Shown: positions 48,829 through 58,955 of the stretch, one piece after another
Layout of the letters: every line of letters begins with the position of its first letter
Numbering within the stretch: position 1 is the first letter of the stretch
Assembly (NCBI GenBank): GCA_041666325.1
Contig: JBAYHC010000001.1
Coordinates: forward strand, 59,338 to 123,337
Source: Patescibacteria group bacterium
GTDB taxonomy: Bacteria > Patescibacteriota > UBA1384 > XYA2-FULL-43-10 > 1-14-0-10-43-13
Direction: 5' to 3'
Length of the DNA stretch: 64,000 nt
Made by a program: the position numbers and the translations under genes
Notes under the pieces: model-generated
Seen by the model: the letters and a program-made list of their open reading frames with translations, nothing else
What the model was told of the DNA's origin: nothing
The model's database searches: none

Positions 48829-49267
48829 CTTTCTATATTCTTAGCAAACATTCTACAGCGGACGATTCAGTTTTTTTACTTCGATCTCAATCGACCTGGG
48901 AACAGGAGCACATGAACAATGCTTCTGGTGCTCTCTGTGCCAGATAACTCGCTCTTGTTCGCTCGGATTTTTTGGCATCTTGTTTGCCCTGTGCCACTCT
49001 GCATTAATTTTTCCCATCTCCCTCCTTCAGTTAATTGTAGAATATATCAAAATAGAACTAACTATTATCTGCATTTTACGCTGATTGATGTCTTCCGCAA
49101 AATAGCCACATCAGGGAAGTTAGCGCGAGATCTTAACTGCCTGTGGCAGTCAAAAATACCATTCTATACCAATGACGTCAATGGTAAGGACTATGCACGA
49201 TTGTGCAAACAAAAAAAGGGCGAAGACGCATAAGAACATCTTGCCCCAGAGGCACAAACCAAATCGA

Positions 49268-50086
49268 TCACGCCCTTCGGCGCTGTCCAATGTTAGCAAC
49301 TGCACCTTGTTCAACATCACTCTGGGCATCTTCAAGCGCACCAAGTTCCATCTTTGCTTCGGACAGCAGCTCCTGCGCTCTTGCCTGAGCACGATCAGCC
49401 CGAGCGATCACTTGCTGTGAGCGCTCATCCAAACCGCTTAGCTGTCGTAGGATGTCTGCCTTGGCAGCAATCATCTGCTCAATCCCCTGCCGAGCTTCAA
49501 TCGTCTCTCTAATCTCCCGATCCAAGGTTGCCCTTAAGACCGGAGACTCAGGCAAAACGTCCGTATCATGCACAGCCCGGCGTTCGCGCAACAGACGCTC
49601 AGTTCTAGTTAGCTCCGCGATTTGTTCCTGCAGTCTTGCCAGTGTGTCGTGGCCGGTCTTATCGGCAACACGTTTGAAATGACTAGTCAAAACACTCCGA
49701 CTCCACTGCAGGCGCCACTTACCAAACAAGCCAAAACCGTTGGTCAGAGACAAAACACCTTCCATCAATCCAACCGACAAAAATCCTGGGATATAGCCGA
49801 TCGTTCCCAAAACCCAGAAAACCATTACAAACACGCCTTCTTTCTCACACTGACCCTTCGCTTCTGGATAGAAATTCAGGGTCATTTCCCAAAACTTTTT
49901 CTTGCCCTCACGAAGGCGAAAGCACAGATAAAAGCTCGCAACTAGCAGATAAAAGTAGCTAGCATAAGGCTCATATCTATGCAAGCCAAAGGCTGACACA
50001 AGTGCAATCGTCGAAAGAATACCGGTAATCATCACAACGCAACCAGGTCCCTCGTCGACCCTGCAGGTCAATTCATCCTGAGACAT
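49268..50086 (-). CDS. hypothetical membrane protein with coiled-coil C-terminal domain (GC-rich island)
   Basis: ~272 aa from MSQDEL; 4 TM helices then long coiled-coil (LARLQEQIAELTRTERLLRERR...). Confidence 0.4.
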   Translation of the reverse strand: MSQDELTCRVDEGPGCVVMITGILSTIALVSAFGLHRYEPYASYFYLLVASFYLCFRLREGKKKFWEMTLNFYPEAKGQCEKEGVFVMVFWVLGTIGYIPGFLSVGLMEGVLSLTNGFGLFGKWRLQWSRSVLTSHFKRVADKTGHDTLARLQEQIAELTRTERLLRERRAVHDTDVLPESPVLRATLDREIRETIEARQGIEQMIAAKADILRQLSGLDERSQQVIARADRAQARAQELLSEAKMELGALEDAQSDVEQGAVANIGQRRRA

Positions 50087-50326
50087 TCTTCTCCCCCCCT
50101 TGCCAACTCCTGGCTTAGCCAGTCCTACGATAGTACAATAACACGGGTAATTTGTCAATTAGGTAGAGAGAATCCTAGTCACATCAAAGTATAATTTTAG
50201 ACGAAAATACTGCCCTGCGAAGTTGAAGCAATCTCTTGAATGCTGTTAGTGCCTAAGTTCAATGCGCGAAAATTCAAAAGCGAAGATCTGACAATCTCTG
50301 CTCGAATTCCTGCCTATTGCAAGTAT

Positions 50327-50737
50327 CTATTCCTCAAAAATCTGTCTAACGCATTCAGAAAGATAATCAGCCAGATCATAATTTGCAAGTTCGTAAAATG
50401 TAACCCAGGCAGATTCGTCACGCACAGCAGTATCAGGACTGATATCATTAGCTATACGTTTAGCAACAAAGACAATATCCCTAAATTCCTGAACGTCTTC
50501 CTCGGCGCTTGAGCTGTAAATCGGCTGCTTGTTCTTGATCTCAACAGCAAGACCGCAAGAGTCCTGAACTGTCCGGATTAGTCCATCGATAACGCTCTCG
50601 TTGTCCTTCAGTGCCCCGCCGGGGAGCTCCCAAACATTGGCAGAGGTTTTATCTTGTTTGGCTCGTTTTAATATCAAAAACTGGCCGGCATTATTAAAGA
50701 CCAGCCCATGAACAAGTGGGGTGATGATGTTTGTCAT
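50327..50737 (-). CDS. Nudix-family hydrolase (stand-alone, divergent Nudix box)
   Basis: ~136 aa from MTNIIT; Nudix-like GGALKDNESVIDGLIRTVQDSCGL (G-x5-E-x7-R..). Confidence 0.5.
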   Translation of the reverse strand: MTNIITPLVHGLVFNNAGQFLILKRAKQDKTSANVWELPGGALKDNESVIDGLIRTVQDSCGLAVEIKNKQPIYSSSAEEDVQEFRDIVFVAKRIANDISPDTAVRDESAWVTFYELANYDLADYLSECVRQIFEE

Positions 50738-50873
50738 ATGAATAAATATACACGATCTTGCCAGAATCAAAAAGGGTATGTACAAATCGATATTTCGTCA
50801 ATATCCCGCGGACCATGCTCTTGCAATCAGACTGTATAATAAAACTAGGTGGAATAATAACAAAAGGAGCATA

Positions 50874-51080
50874 ATGCCACGAATGAATACACTCGATTGG
50901 ATTGCGATAATACTGGTGATTATTGGCGCATTGAACTGGGGGTTAGTCGGATTATTCAATTATGATCTGGTCGCAGCGATCTTCGGATCACTCTCAACAC
51001 TGAGTCGAATCATCTATGATCTTGTCGGCCTAGCTGGCCTTTACTTGATATGGATGTTCACAAGATCCAGAGAAATGTAG
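50874..51080 (+). CDS. DUF378-family small membrane protein
   Basis: 68 aa from MPRMNTLDW with RBS aaggag; two TM helices with DUF378-like IGALNWGLVGLF segment. Confidence 0.55.
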   Translation: MPRMNTLDWIAIILVIIGALNWGLVGLFNYDLVAAIFGSLSTLSRIIYDLVGLAGLYLIWMFTRSREM

Positions 51081-51186
51081 CAAAACAGGATCGACTAAGG
51101 ACAGTTAGTTAATTACGTTCACCTTACCAAAAACCCCAACTAATATTGCGGGGGTATTTGGTGTTTGAAGTAAATTAGAACAAGTT

Positions 51187-51570
51187 TTAGCGCTTTGAGA
51201 ACTGTGGAGCGCGACGAGCACCCTTGAGACCAGGCTTCTTTCTCTCCTTTTCTCTAGGATCTCGAGTTAAAAGACCAGCCTTTTTAAGAGTGGTGCGAAA
51301 TTCGGTATTATAGCGCTCTAAAGCACGAGCGATCCCATGGCGAATAGCCTCGAGCTGACCTTCCTTGCCGCCTCCACTGACATTGGCTGAAATTGAAAAA
51401 GCATCTTTTTTTCCAACTAGCTCAAGAGGAAGCAAAACGCCATTAGGCAAATCATTCTTTTGGCCATTGATCAGAACACTCTTCTCGCCTTCATAAATAC
51501 GAACCAAAGCGACAGCAGTTTTGCGTCGACCAACTCCGAACCAATATTTTTTAGTTGTTGACTCTGACAT
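51187..51570 (-). CDS. rpsI: 30S ribosomal protein S9
   Basis: C-terminal GGGKEGQLEAIRHGIARAL...RKKPGLKGARRAPQFSKR; start set to ATG (MSESTT) with AGGAAA RBS. Confidence 0.9.
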   Translation of the reverse strand: MSESTTKKYWFGVGRRKTAVALVRIYEGEKSVLINGQKNDLPNGVLLPLELVGKKDAFSISANVSGGGKEGQLEAIRHGIARALERYNTEFRTTLKKAGLLTRDPREKERKKPGLKGARRAPQFSKR

Positions 51571-51601
51571 ATTTCCTATCACAATCTTTGATTAGCGCTT
51601 G

Positions 51602-52015
51602 TTATTCAGCGAATTTAACGTTTTGATGTGGGTGCTTGCTACCAGTATAGATCTTTAATCTCTTAAGGAACTGATCGCGAAGTTTGTTCTTCGGCAACAT
51701 TCCGGCAACAGCATGCTTGATAATTTCCCCTGGATGCTCTTTGCGCATCTCTTTGAGGGTAGTAACTTGAAGATTGCCAAGATAACCAGTGTGACGATAA
51801 TATCGCTTATTTTCCTCTTTGCTACCCGTCAGGACAATCTTTTCGGCATTAACAACAACAACGTAATCACCATTGTCGAGATTCTCCCGAAAAGAAACTT
51901 TTCTTTTGCCACGCAAAGAACTGGCTACTTCGGTTGCAAGCCTGCCCAAAATTTGTTCCTTGGCATCAAAAAGATACCAATTTCTATTTTCGTTCTTAAT
52001 TTCCGCCATCTTCAA
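51602..52015 (-). CDS. rplM: 50S ribosomal protein L13
   Basis: 137 aa; NWYLFDAKEQILGRLATEVA typical L13 N-terminus. Confidence 0.9.
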   Translation of the reverse strand: MKMAEIKNENRNWYLFDAKEQILGRLATEVASSLRGKRKVSFRENLDNGDYVVVVNAEKIVLTGSKEENKRYYRHTGYLGNLQVTTLKEMRKEHPGEIIKHAVAGMLPKNKLRDQFLKRLKIYTGSKHPHQNVKFAE

Positions 52016-52475
52016 CCTTTGGTTTATCTTCAGTCTTCTTAGATTTAGCTTTGCGGGTTACGACAGTCTTAACTCCGGCTTCCTCAGAAATAACTTCCTT
52101 CTTGCCTGCACCCTCAGCCTCCTCAACAAAGACAAGCCTGTCCATCAACTCTAGGCGCATCATGGGAGCATTGTCTCCCAAGCGATTCTTTAGCCGAAAG
52201 CTTTTAACAAAACCACTCTTGCGATTGCTGTATCGCGGAACTAGCTCCTTGATAACCTTAACTGCAGCATTCTTGTCAAAGAAGATTGCTCTAGTTTGGC
52301 GTTGTGCATGCAAATCATTTGGCAGGGCTCTTGCGATCGCCTGATCAACAAAACTCTTAACTTCTTTTGCTTTAGCTTCTGTTGTATCAATTCTTTCATA
52401 CAACACTAAAGAATCAGCCAAGTTTCTAATGGTGTGATCGCGATGATCTGGATTTCGTCCTAGCTTTCTATTCAT
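51996..52475 (-). CDS. rplQ: 50S ribosomal protein L17 (with C-terminal extension)
   Basis: 159 aa; MNRKLGRNPDHRDHTIRNL N-terminus typical of L17. Confidence 0.85.
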   Translation of the reverse strand: MNRKLGRNPDHRDHTIRNLADSLVLYERIDTTEAKAKEVKSFVDQAIARALPNDLHAQRQTRAIFFDKNAAVKVIKELVPRYSNRKSGFVKSFRLKNRLGDNAPMMRLELMDRLVFVEEAEGAGKKEVISEEAGVKTVVTRKAKSKKTEDKPKVEDGGN

Positions 52476-53412
52476 ATCGTTTCAAGACCTCTTCGACTTC
52501 TAAAATGCCTTTCTTGCCCAAGCCCTTGATCTCTTCGATCTTTAATGGCGAGAGCCTTTTTAGTCCGGCAATTGTTTTTACGCCAGCATTCAATAAAGCG
52601 TTCATTGTTCTAGGTGAAAAACCGGCTTCTTCAATTTTAACTTTGCTATCGGTAGCGTTTTCTTTCTCATCCTCGTCTTCGACATCGTCAGACGCCTGAA
52701 CAAGCTCTTCCCGAACAGTCAGATCTGGATTAAAGGTGGGGTCGGAGATAATTGCCTCAAAATGGTCAACGAGTACCTTAGATGCCTCTTTGAGTGCATC
52801 CTGGGGCGAAATGGTACCATTTGTGATGACGTCTAGTGTAAGTTTGTCAAAGTTGGTCATCTGGCCAACACGAGTATTTTCTACGTCGTAGCTAACTCTT
52901 GATACTGGAGAGAAAGCAGCATCAATAGCAACCCAACCGATTTCTTTCTTCTCAGCCGCTGATCCGCTTGGACGAAACCCGCGATCCTTTTCAACGAGTA
53001 CCTCGAGCTGAAAATCAGCCTCTTTATCAAGAGCGGCGAGATGAAGCTCTGGGTTGGCGATTTCAATTTTGTCGCTTGCCTTAAAGTCGCCAGCTTTAGC
53101 TTCTCCCGAGCCTTTCTTGGCAAGCTCAAGTGTTACAGGCTCTTCTGAATGAGATAAAAAGTTAATGCCTTTAACATTCATCAGCAGTTCAATCATGTCC
53201 TCTTTTACACCAGGGATAGCAGAAAATTCATGGCTTAAACCCTCAACACGAAAATACGTCGCAGCAGCACCCGTGATTGAGGAAAGTAAAACTCGGCGGA
53301 GAGAATTTCCAACTGTTGGACCGTAACCTGGGTAAAGCGGCTCGATCACAAACTGAGAGTGATTAGGAGCAACTACCTTTTCTTCGATTTTGGGTAAACC
53401 AATTTTTTCCAT
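52468..53412 (-). CDS. rpoA: DNA-directed RNA polymerase subunit alpha
   Basis: 314 aa; N-terminal domain GNSLRRVLLSSI and C-terminal HhH CTD (GFSPRTMNALLNAGVKTIAGL). Confidence 0.9.
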   Translation of the reverse strand: MEKIGLPKIEEKVVAPNHSQFVIEPLYPGYGPTVGNSLRRVLLSSITGAAATYFRVEGLSHEFSAIPGVKEDMIELLMNVKGINFLSHSEEPVTLELAKKGSGEAKAGDFKASDKIEIANPELHLAALDKEADFQLEVLVEKDRGFRPSGSAAEKKEIGWVAIDAAFSPVSRVSYDVENTRVGQMTNFDKLTLDVITNGTISPQDALKEASKVLVDHFEAIISDPTFNPDLTVREELVQASDDVEDEDEKENATDSKVKIEEAGFSPRTMNALLNAGVKTIAGLKRLSPLKIEEIKGLGKKGILEVEEVLKRYE

Positions 53413-53449
53413 TATAATTTCCTTTCCAAGAAGATATACGAGCTATTTA

Positions 53450-54058
53450 CTAACGAGAGTAGAACTCAACAATAAGATTTTCATTAATTGGAGTATCAAT
53501 TTCCTCGCGAACAGGCACGTTCTTGACTTGGCCAGTAACCTTTTTAGCGTCTAAGTCCAACCAGCTCGAAACACCATCGGCCTTAATATCGGTGTACTTT
53601 TCCTTATACTTGGGCTCAATCGAGTCACCGACGCTTACAGAATAGGACGGAATAGTTACCTTACGGCCGTTTACTCGAACTAATCCGTGCGAGACCATCT
53701 GTCTTGCCTGTGCACGGGTAGCAGCAAGCTTAAGTCTAAAAATAACATTATCAAGTCGAAGCTCCAATAGAGTGAGAATGTTCTCAGCTGTATTTCCAAC
53801 CATCTTCTCGGCCCGGGTAACATAACTTCTGAACTGCTTTTCGCGAATTCCGTAGATGCCTCGAGTTTTTTGTTTCTCTAGAAGTTGACGGCCGAACTCG
53901 CTTTTCTTCGGTGCACGGGAATCTGAGCCACGAGAACCTGGAGCAAATGGATGCTTAACCATGGCGCACTTTGCAGACAAGCAACGATCGCCTTTAAGCA
54001 TCAATTTGTCCCCCGCTCTTCTACATTGTTCGCAAACTGTGTTCATAATTAAATCCAA
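53450..54058 (-). CDS. rpsD: 30S ribosomal protein S4
   Basis: Zn-ribbon CEQCRRAGDKLMLKGDRCLSAKC, S4 domain; true start may be MNTVCEQ (54046). Confidence 0.9.
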   Translation of the reverse strand: MDLIMNTVCEQCRRAGDKLMLKGDRCLSAKCAMVKHPFAPGSRGSDSRAPKKSEFGRQLLEKQKTRGIYGIREKQFRSYVTRAEKMVGNTAENILTLLELRLDNVIFRLKLAATRAQARQMVSHGLVRVNGRKVTIPSYSVSVGDSIEPKYKEKYTDIKADGVSSWLDLDAKKVTGQVKNVPVREEIDTPINENLIVEFYSR

Positions 54059-54071
54059 ATCGCATAAGCAT

Positions 54072-54132
54072 GTAAGCTAGTAAGCCCGTAAGCAATTTTA
54101 TTGATCCAACAGCTTACTTGCTTATAAGCTTA
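54072..54132. repeat. intercistronic hairpin element (GTAAGCTAGTAAGCCCGTAAGC ... GCTTACTTGCTTATAAGCTTAC), copy 1
   Basis: GTAAGC / GCTTAC inverted arms between rpsD and rpsK; near-identical arm sequences recur at 55167..55239. Confidence 0.6.
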
Positions 54133-54152
54133 CTCACTTATTTGCTGATTAA

Positions 54153-54563
54153 TTAAACTCTTCTTGGTTTCTTTGGACGGCACCCATTGTGTGCAATTGG
54201 TGTAATGTCCTTAATCAATGAAATATCAATGTTGGCATTCATGAAAGCACGCACTGCAGACTCACGACCAGAGCCAACCCCTGAAACATAAATCTTTCCA
54301 CCAGAAAACCCAACGGCCTTTGCCTTTTCTATTGCAGCTGCTGCGGCAATCGAGGCAGCATAAGGAGTAGACTTCTTTGTGCCCTTGAAGCCGGTTGACC
54401 CAGCAGTAGCCCAAGAAATTACCCCGCCGTTTTCGTCGGTTATTGTAATCATCGTATTATTAAAAGTAGATTGAATGTAAACACTGCCAGAGGTTACATT
54501 TCGTTTTACTTTCTTTCGTACGACGCTCTTCTTGTTTTCTTTGCTTTTAACTGCTTTGGCCAT
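54153..54563 (-). CDS. rpsK: 30S ribosomal protein S11
   Basis: 136 aa; typical S11 C-terminus ...[17 protein letters not shown]. Confidence 0.9.
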   Translation of the reverse strand: MAKAVKSKENKKSVVRKKVKRNVTSGSVYIQSTFNNTMITITDENGGVISWATAGSTGFKGTKKSTPYAASIAAAAAIEKAKAVGFSGGKIYVSGVGSGRESAVRAFMNANIDISLIKDITPIAHNGCRPKKPRRV

Positions 54564-54765
54564 AAATAATCCTAGTGTGAAAGTGTGACCTTTGACCTCG
54601 CTCGGGTCACCATGAATGTTAATCGGATGGTGAAAGTTCTAAGTACTAAGTTGAGCGCAATAATGCAGTGCCTTTCGCCCCATGAGGGGGACTACCCAAA
54701 GGGCAATCAGAAAACTCCTGGTGGGGTGTTTAGTACTTTTGCACTGAGTGCTTACCATACTATTG

Positions 54766-55152
54766 CTATGTTTTCTGTGCGGATGGTTTGCGACCAGATC
54801 CAACTGTAACCTTGCGGCCGCGCTTGGTTCTAGCGTTTGTTTTGGTTCGCTGTCCTCTAAGCGGCAAGCCCTTGGTGTGCCTGACGCCACGATAGGCGCT
54901 GATATCTTTCAGGCGCTTGATATTTTGTGTGATCTCCATTTTGAGATCACCCTCAACTCTGTAGCGTCCAACTGCAGCACGGATCTTATCCAATTCGGCA
55001 TCAGTTAGGTTCTTTACTCGAGTATCGGGACTAATCTTGGACTCAGCCAAGATTTTCTTACTCAAGGTTAAGCCAATGCCGAAAAGATAGGTCAATGCTA
55101 TCTCAACTCTCTTGCTGTCAGGTAAATTTACGTTTGCAATTCTTACTGCCAT
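54766..55152 (-). CDS. rpsM: 30S ribosomal protein S13
   Basis: MAVRIANVNLP... typical S13 start; C-terminal RTKTNARTRKG-like tail. Confidence 0.9.
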   Translation of the reverse strand: MAVRIANVNLPDSKRVEIALTYLFGIGLTLSKKILAESKISPDTRVKNLTDAELDKIRAAVGRYRVEGDLKMEITQNIKRLKDISAYRGVRHTKGLPLRGQRTKTNARTKRGRKVTVGSGRKPSAQKT

Positions 55153-55166
55153 AAGTTTAATCAAAC

Positions 55167-55239
55167 TCCATTAGTGTGTAAGCTAGTAAGCCGGTAAGTG
55201 CGTAAGTAGATTGAAATTTGCTTATACACTTACTTGCTT
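55167..55239. repeat. intercistronic hairpin element, copy 2 (between rpsM and rpmJ)
   Basis: GTAAGCTAGTAAGCCGGTAAGTGCGTAAG ... GCTTATACACTTACTTGCTTGC. Confidence 0.6.
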
Positions 55240-55251
55240 GCTGGCTTAGTG

Positions 55252-55398
55252 TTATCCTTGTCTCTGCTTGTGCTTGGGATTCTCGCATATTACAAATAGG
55301 CGACGCTTCAGGCTTATGCGTTTTGACTTACCCTTCTTGCTACGCAAGACGATTTTGCACTTACTACAAATTTTTTTTACAGATGCTTGGACTTTCAT
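55252..55398 (-). CDS. rpmJ: 50S ribosomal protein L36 (with ~10-aa internal insertion)
   Basis: 48 aa [48 protein letters not shown]; conserved CxxC...C..H zinc ligands and [10 protein letters not shown] tail; not in ORF track. Confidence 0.75.
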   Translation of the reverse strand: MKVQASVKKICSKCKIVLRSKKGKSKRISLKRRLFVICENPKHKQRQG

Positions 55399-55440
55399 TG
55401 CAAAACAAAAAAATAATAATTAAACACAAACAGGCGGTCA

Positions 55441-55677
55441 CTACGCCCTATTGCGATCAGGATTAAAACGACGGGTTATGCGCCCGCGCGTCAAATCATA
55501 TGGGGTTAGCTCCAGCAAGACTTGATCACCAACAGTAACCTGAATACGATTCTGGATCATCTTGCCTGAGGAATATCCCAGAACAATATGACCGTTCTCT
55601 AGCTGAACTCGAAACTTGGAATCAGGTAATACTTCGATAACCTTGCCGGTTACTTCTATAACATCTTCTTTGGACAT
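55441..55677 (-). CDS. infA: translation initiation factor IF-1
   Basis: ~78 aa from [13 protein letters not shown]; S1-like OB fold sequence. Confidence 0.85.
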   Translation of the reverse strand: MSKEDVIEVTGKVIEVLPDSKFRVQLENGHIVLGYSSGKMIQNRIQVTVGDQVLLELTPYDLTRGRITRRFNPDRNRA

Positions 55678-55814
55678 ATTTTGTTCTTCTTTGAGAAATT
55701 TAACATAATTAACGCGAGAAGTCAACACTTTTAGCTATATTTTCTTGCAAAAGAAGGCGATAGTGCAAGCAGACAAAGCCAGAGGGGCAAGAAAAAGCGT
55801 ACCCCGGCTGATTC

Positions 55815-56576
55815 TTACCTGGTAACAACGACTGGCTTGCCATCCTCAACAACTACTGTGTGCTCGAAGTGTGCAGCAAGGGAACCATCTGTTGTCAGGA
55901 TGGTCCATCCATCAGGGGCAACCTTGATTCTGTGGCTCCCCGTTGTCAGCATAGGCTCGATTGCCAATGCCATGCCCTCAACTATGACCGGACCCTCGTT
56001 TCCCCTACCGTAGTTAGGTACAGAGGGCTCCATGTGGACCTCTGGGCCAATACCGTGGCCGACAAGGTCTCTCACAACACCAAACCCTTCCGATTCTGCT
56101 GTTTTTTGGATATTGTGCCCAATTTGCCCAATTTTTGCTCCGGCCCGCACTGAACTCAACCCGACTTCAAGGCAACGTCTTGTCATGTCGATTAATTTTT
56201 GAGCCTGCGATGACACCTTACCGACAGCAAACGTTCGCGCCATATCAGTATGGACCCCCCCCTTGTTCGCGCCAAGATCAACGGAAACGATATCACCCTC
56301 CCTCAGGATCTTGTCTGAAGTTGGCAAACCGTGAACAATCTCGTCATTAATAGAAATGCAAGATGTCGACGGGTATATTCCCCCACCATGAACCTCGTAA
56401 TTCTTAAATGAAGGCTTGGCACCTCCTTTCAGAATCGCACTTTCTGCTATGGAATCGATCTCTGCAGCTGTTAAGTTTGGCGCGATCGATTTCTCAACCT
56501 CATCCATGGCCTGGCTAAGAATCTTGCCACACTCCTTTATAGCCTCAATCTGATTCTTGTTTAAGATATTATCCAT
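55815..56576 (-). CDS. map: type I methionine aminopeptidase
   Basis: 253 aa; metal-ligand motifs (DIVSVD, HGIGPEVHMEP, EPMLT). Confidence 0.9.
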   Translation of the reverse strand: MDNILNKNQIEAIKECGKILSQAMDEVEKSIAPNLTAAEIDSIAESAILKGGAKPSFKNYEVHGGGIYPSTSCISINDEIVHGLPTSDKILREGDIVSVDLGANKGGVHTDMARTFAVGKVSSQAQKLIDMTRRCLEVGLSSVRAGAKIGQIGHNIQKTAESEGFGVVRDLVGHGIGPEVHMEPSVPNYGRGNEGPVIVEGMALAIEPMLTTGSHRIKVAPDGWTILTTDGSLAAHFEHTVVVEDGKPVVVTR

Positions 56577-57255
56577 TCTTGGTGTTCCTATTTACGATCG
56601 ATGCGCTATCACGCTCAATCCTCTCTATCGCATGGATCAAGCCATTGTACACGATTTCAATTGGTGGCTCACCATCAATTTCAATAACACGTCCGCTCGG
56701 CTTGTACCACTCAACAACCTCTCTAATACGGGGCAAATAGTGCTCGATCCTTTTTTTCACGGTATCTTCGTTGTCGTCAGATCGTGATACGAGAGATCCG
56801 CCACATTTTTCGCAAATGGCTGCTTGACTGTCTATATAGTTTTCACCGCACTCTGAACAAACCTTACGATGGATAACCCGCCTGACAGCTGTAGCTGGAT
56901 CAATCTTGAGATAAATAATTATAGGTTTGGGCAATTGCGAATGCGTGGTGAATTCATCCAAATGCTTTGCTTGCGTGCGTGAAAATGGAAAGTTGTCAAA
57001 GATAACTCCACGAGGTGATTGAGTAAGTTCACGCTTAATAAGATCAAGCACAACTTCATCCCTCTGTGGTATGCCCGAATCATAGCGCTGCTTAATCTCA
57101 GCGAAAAATGGATCGCCCTTATCCCCCTGAGAGATCTCTCTTCTCACTAATTGACCAATGCCAACAATCTCAATATGTTTATTATCAGACAACAACTTTG
57201 TCTGTGTTCCTTTACCAGAGGCTGGCAAACCTAAAAAAGAATAAATTTGTTTCAT
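56569..57255 (-). CDS. adk: adenylate kinase (with zinc-finger LID)
   Basis: P-loop GLPASGKGTQ, LID domain with CSECG...CEKCGG. Confidence 0.9.
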   Translation of the reverse strand: MKQIYSFLGLPASGKGTQTKLLSDNKHIEIVGIGQLVRREISQGDKGDPFFAEIKQRYDSGIPQRDEVVLDLIKRELTQSPRGVIFDNFPFSRTQAKHLDEFTTHSQLPKPIIIYLKIDPATAVRRVIHRKVCSECGENYIDSQAAICEKCGGSLVSRSDDNEDTVKKRIEHYLPRIREVVEWYKPSGRVIEIDGEPPIEIVYNGLIHAIERIERDSASIVNRNTKNG

Positions 57256-57318
57256 GGTTTTAAATCAGCAAGCCCCACAGCGGAGCACTTCGGTATAGTC
57301 TACCGGTCTATTCCTTGT

Positions 57319-58590
57319 TTAGTACTGGTCATATGTGTGCATAACAATTTGCGATTCAATCTGGCGCATGGTTTCTACAACAACAGAAACCATGATAAGC
57401 AGTCCAGTACCACCAAGCACTAGTGTATCTATGTTTGTAATCGCCTGAACGATGAAAGGTAGTATTGCAATAACACCAAGGAACAATGACCCAAAGAGAG
57501 TAATCCTGACAATAATATTTCCAAGATATTCCTTGGTCTCTCTCCCTGGACGAATTCCCGGGATGAATCCGCTCTGTTTTTGCAAATTCTCGGCAATTTG
57601 CTCAGGTTTGAAAACGATGCTGGTATAGAAGTACGTAAAAATGACAACAAGCACGAAGTAAAACGAGCCATAGAAAATCTGATTGCTGAAAAGATCACGA
57701 ACCGACTTTGCTCCGGTCGCCAACCAGGCGGTACGCGCGTTTTCTAGGTATTGAGCAAAAACATTCGGTAGTACAAGCAGGCTTAAGGCGAATATGATCG
57801 GAACAACGCCGGCAATATTTACACGAATTGGCAAAAAGCTTGTGGATGTGCCATAGCCCGAAGAGCGGAGTTTTCTAGCGTAGTGAACAGGAACATTGCG
57901 CTGTCCTTCTTGGACAAAAACAATGGCAGCAATAACAACAATAAAGATTGCCAAAAGCGCTATGGTCCCAATAATTTTGCTCGTATCTCCGGTCTGAACA
58001 ATGGCAATTGTATTCCTTATCTGGGTAGGCAAACCAGCTAGAATACCAATCGTAATCACGAGCGAGACACCATTGCCAACGCCTTTTTCGGTAATAATCT
58101 CACCGATCCACATCAGAAGCATTGTTCCGGCCATAACTGATATAAGCATGACAGCAAGATTAAAGGGTGTCCAGCTAGGAATTATTTGTTGGTTTCGAAG
58201 CATAACAAGCATGGCATAGGCCTGGATAAAGGAAAGTGGAACAGTAGCGATGCGAGTATACTGGGTAATGCGCTGCCTGCCAGCCTCACCTTCTTTTTGA
58301 ATCTCCTCAATAGAAGGAAAAATCATTGCCAGAAGCTGAAAGATAATGGAGGCTGTAATATACGGACCAACACCCATCAAAATGATGGAGAAATTTTCCA
58401 TCGATCCACCAGAAAACATATTGAGCAGTCCAAATGCCTGATTTTGCTGGAAAAAGGCCTGCAGCCTGGAAATATCGACTCCCGGCAATGGAATATGAGC
58501 AATTACGCGTGTTACAAAAAGCAAACCAAGCACAACCAGAATCTTGGTGCGCAAATCCTTATATTCCCAAATCTTTGACCATTTTGTCAT
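57319..58590 (-). CDS. secY: preprotein translocase subunit SecY
   Basis: 423 aa, 10 TM helices, typical SecY N-terminus and plug region. Confidence 0.9.
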   Translation of the reverse strand: MTKWSKIWEYKDLRTKILVVLGLLFVTRVIAHIPLPGVDISRLQAFFQQNQAFGLLNMFSGGSMENFSIILMGVGPYITASIIFQLLAMIFPSIEEIQKEGEAGRQRITQYTRIATVPLSFIQAYAMLVMLRNQQIIPSWTPFNLAVMLISVMAGTMLLMWIGEIITEKGVGNGVSLVITIGILAGLPTQIRNTIAIVQTGDTSKIIGTIALLAIFIVVIAAIVFVQEGQRNVPVHYARKLRSSGYGTSTSFLPIRVNIAGVVPIIFALSLLVLPNVFAQYLENARTAWLATGAKSVRDLFSNQIFYGSFYFVLVVIFTYFYTSIVFKPEQIAENLQKQSGFIPGIRPGRETKEYLGNIIVRITLFGSLFLGVIAILPFIVQAITNIDTLVLGGTGLLIMVSVVVETMRQIESQIVMHTYDQY

Positions 58591-58724
58591 AAAAAAATAC
58601 CAAATTAGGCGAAAGTGCTAAGTTCTAAGTAAAATAGTAATTTCTATTAAGCTCTTAAATTAGGACCTTCGCGCTTCTAAGCTTTACGCCTTCATCCTAT
58701 CAAAATCTACTCGTAAAAGCAAAC

Positions 58725-58955
58725 CTAGTCTTGCAGTTCTTCCTCTTCCGTCTCAACATCACCAGGATCAGAACCACCCACCACGTGTTTATCGTGCTTT
58801 GTTGGATCAATCAGGGAGTCTTCGGTTGTCTCGGGGAGAGAAGCATCAAAATCGACACCCCCATCCAGAGCGGTATCTGTGGCATCGCCGCGGCGCGACA
58901 TACCGTCTCCTGGTGTATGGGTGTCGTCAGGTTGTACTTTCTTAGATTTGGTCAT
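58725..58955 (-). CDS. hypothetical small acidic, probably disordered protein
   Basis: 76 aa ORF rich in D/E/T/G immediately upstream of secY where rplO is normally found. Confidence 0.3.
   Translation of the reverse strand: MTKSKKVQPDDTHTPGDGMSRRGDATDTALDGGVDFDASLPETTEDSLIDPTKHDKHVVGGSDPGDVETEEEELQD

Noticed and set aside
50821-50840. Putative promoter TTGCAA..TATAAT upstream of the DUF378 gene
   Set aside because: Spacer between the hexamers is only 8 nt; only the -10-like TATAAT is credible, so no promoter feature was called.
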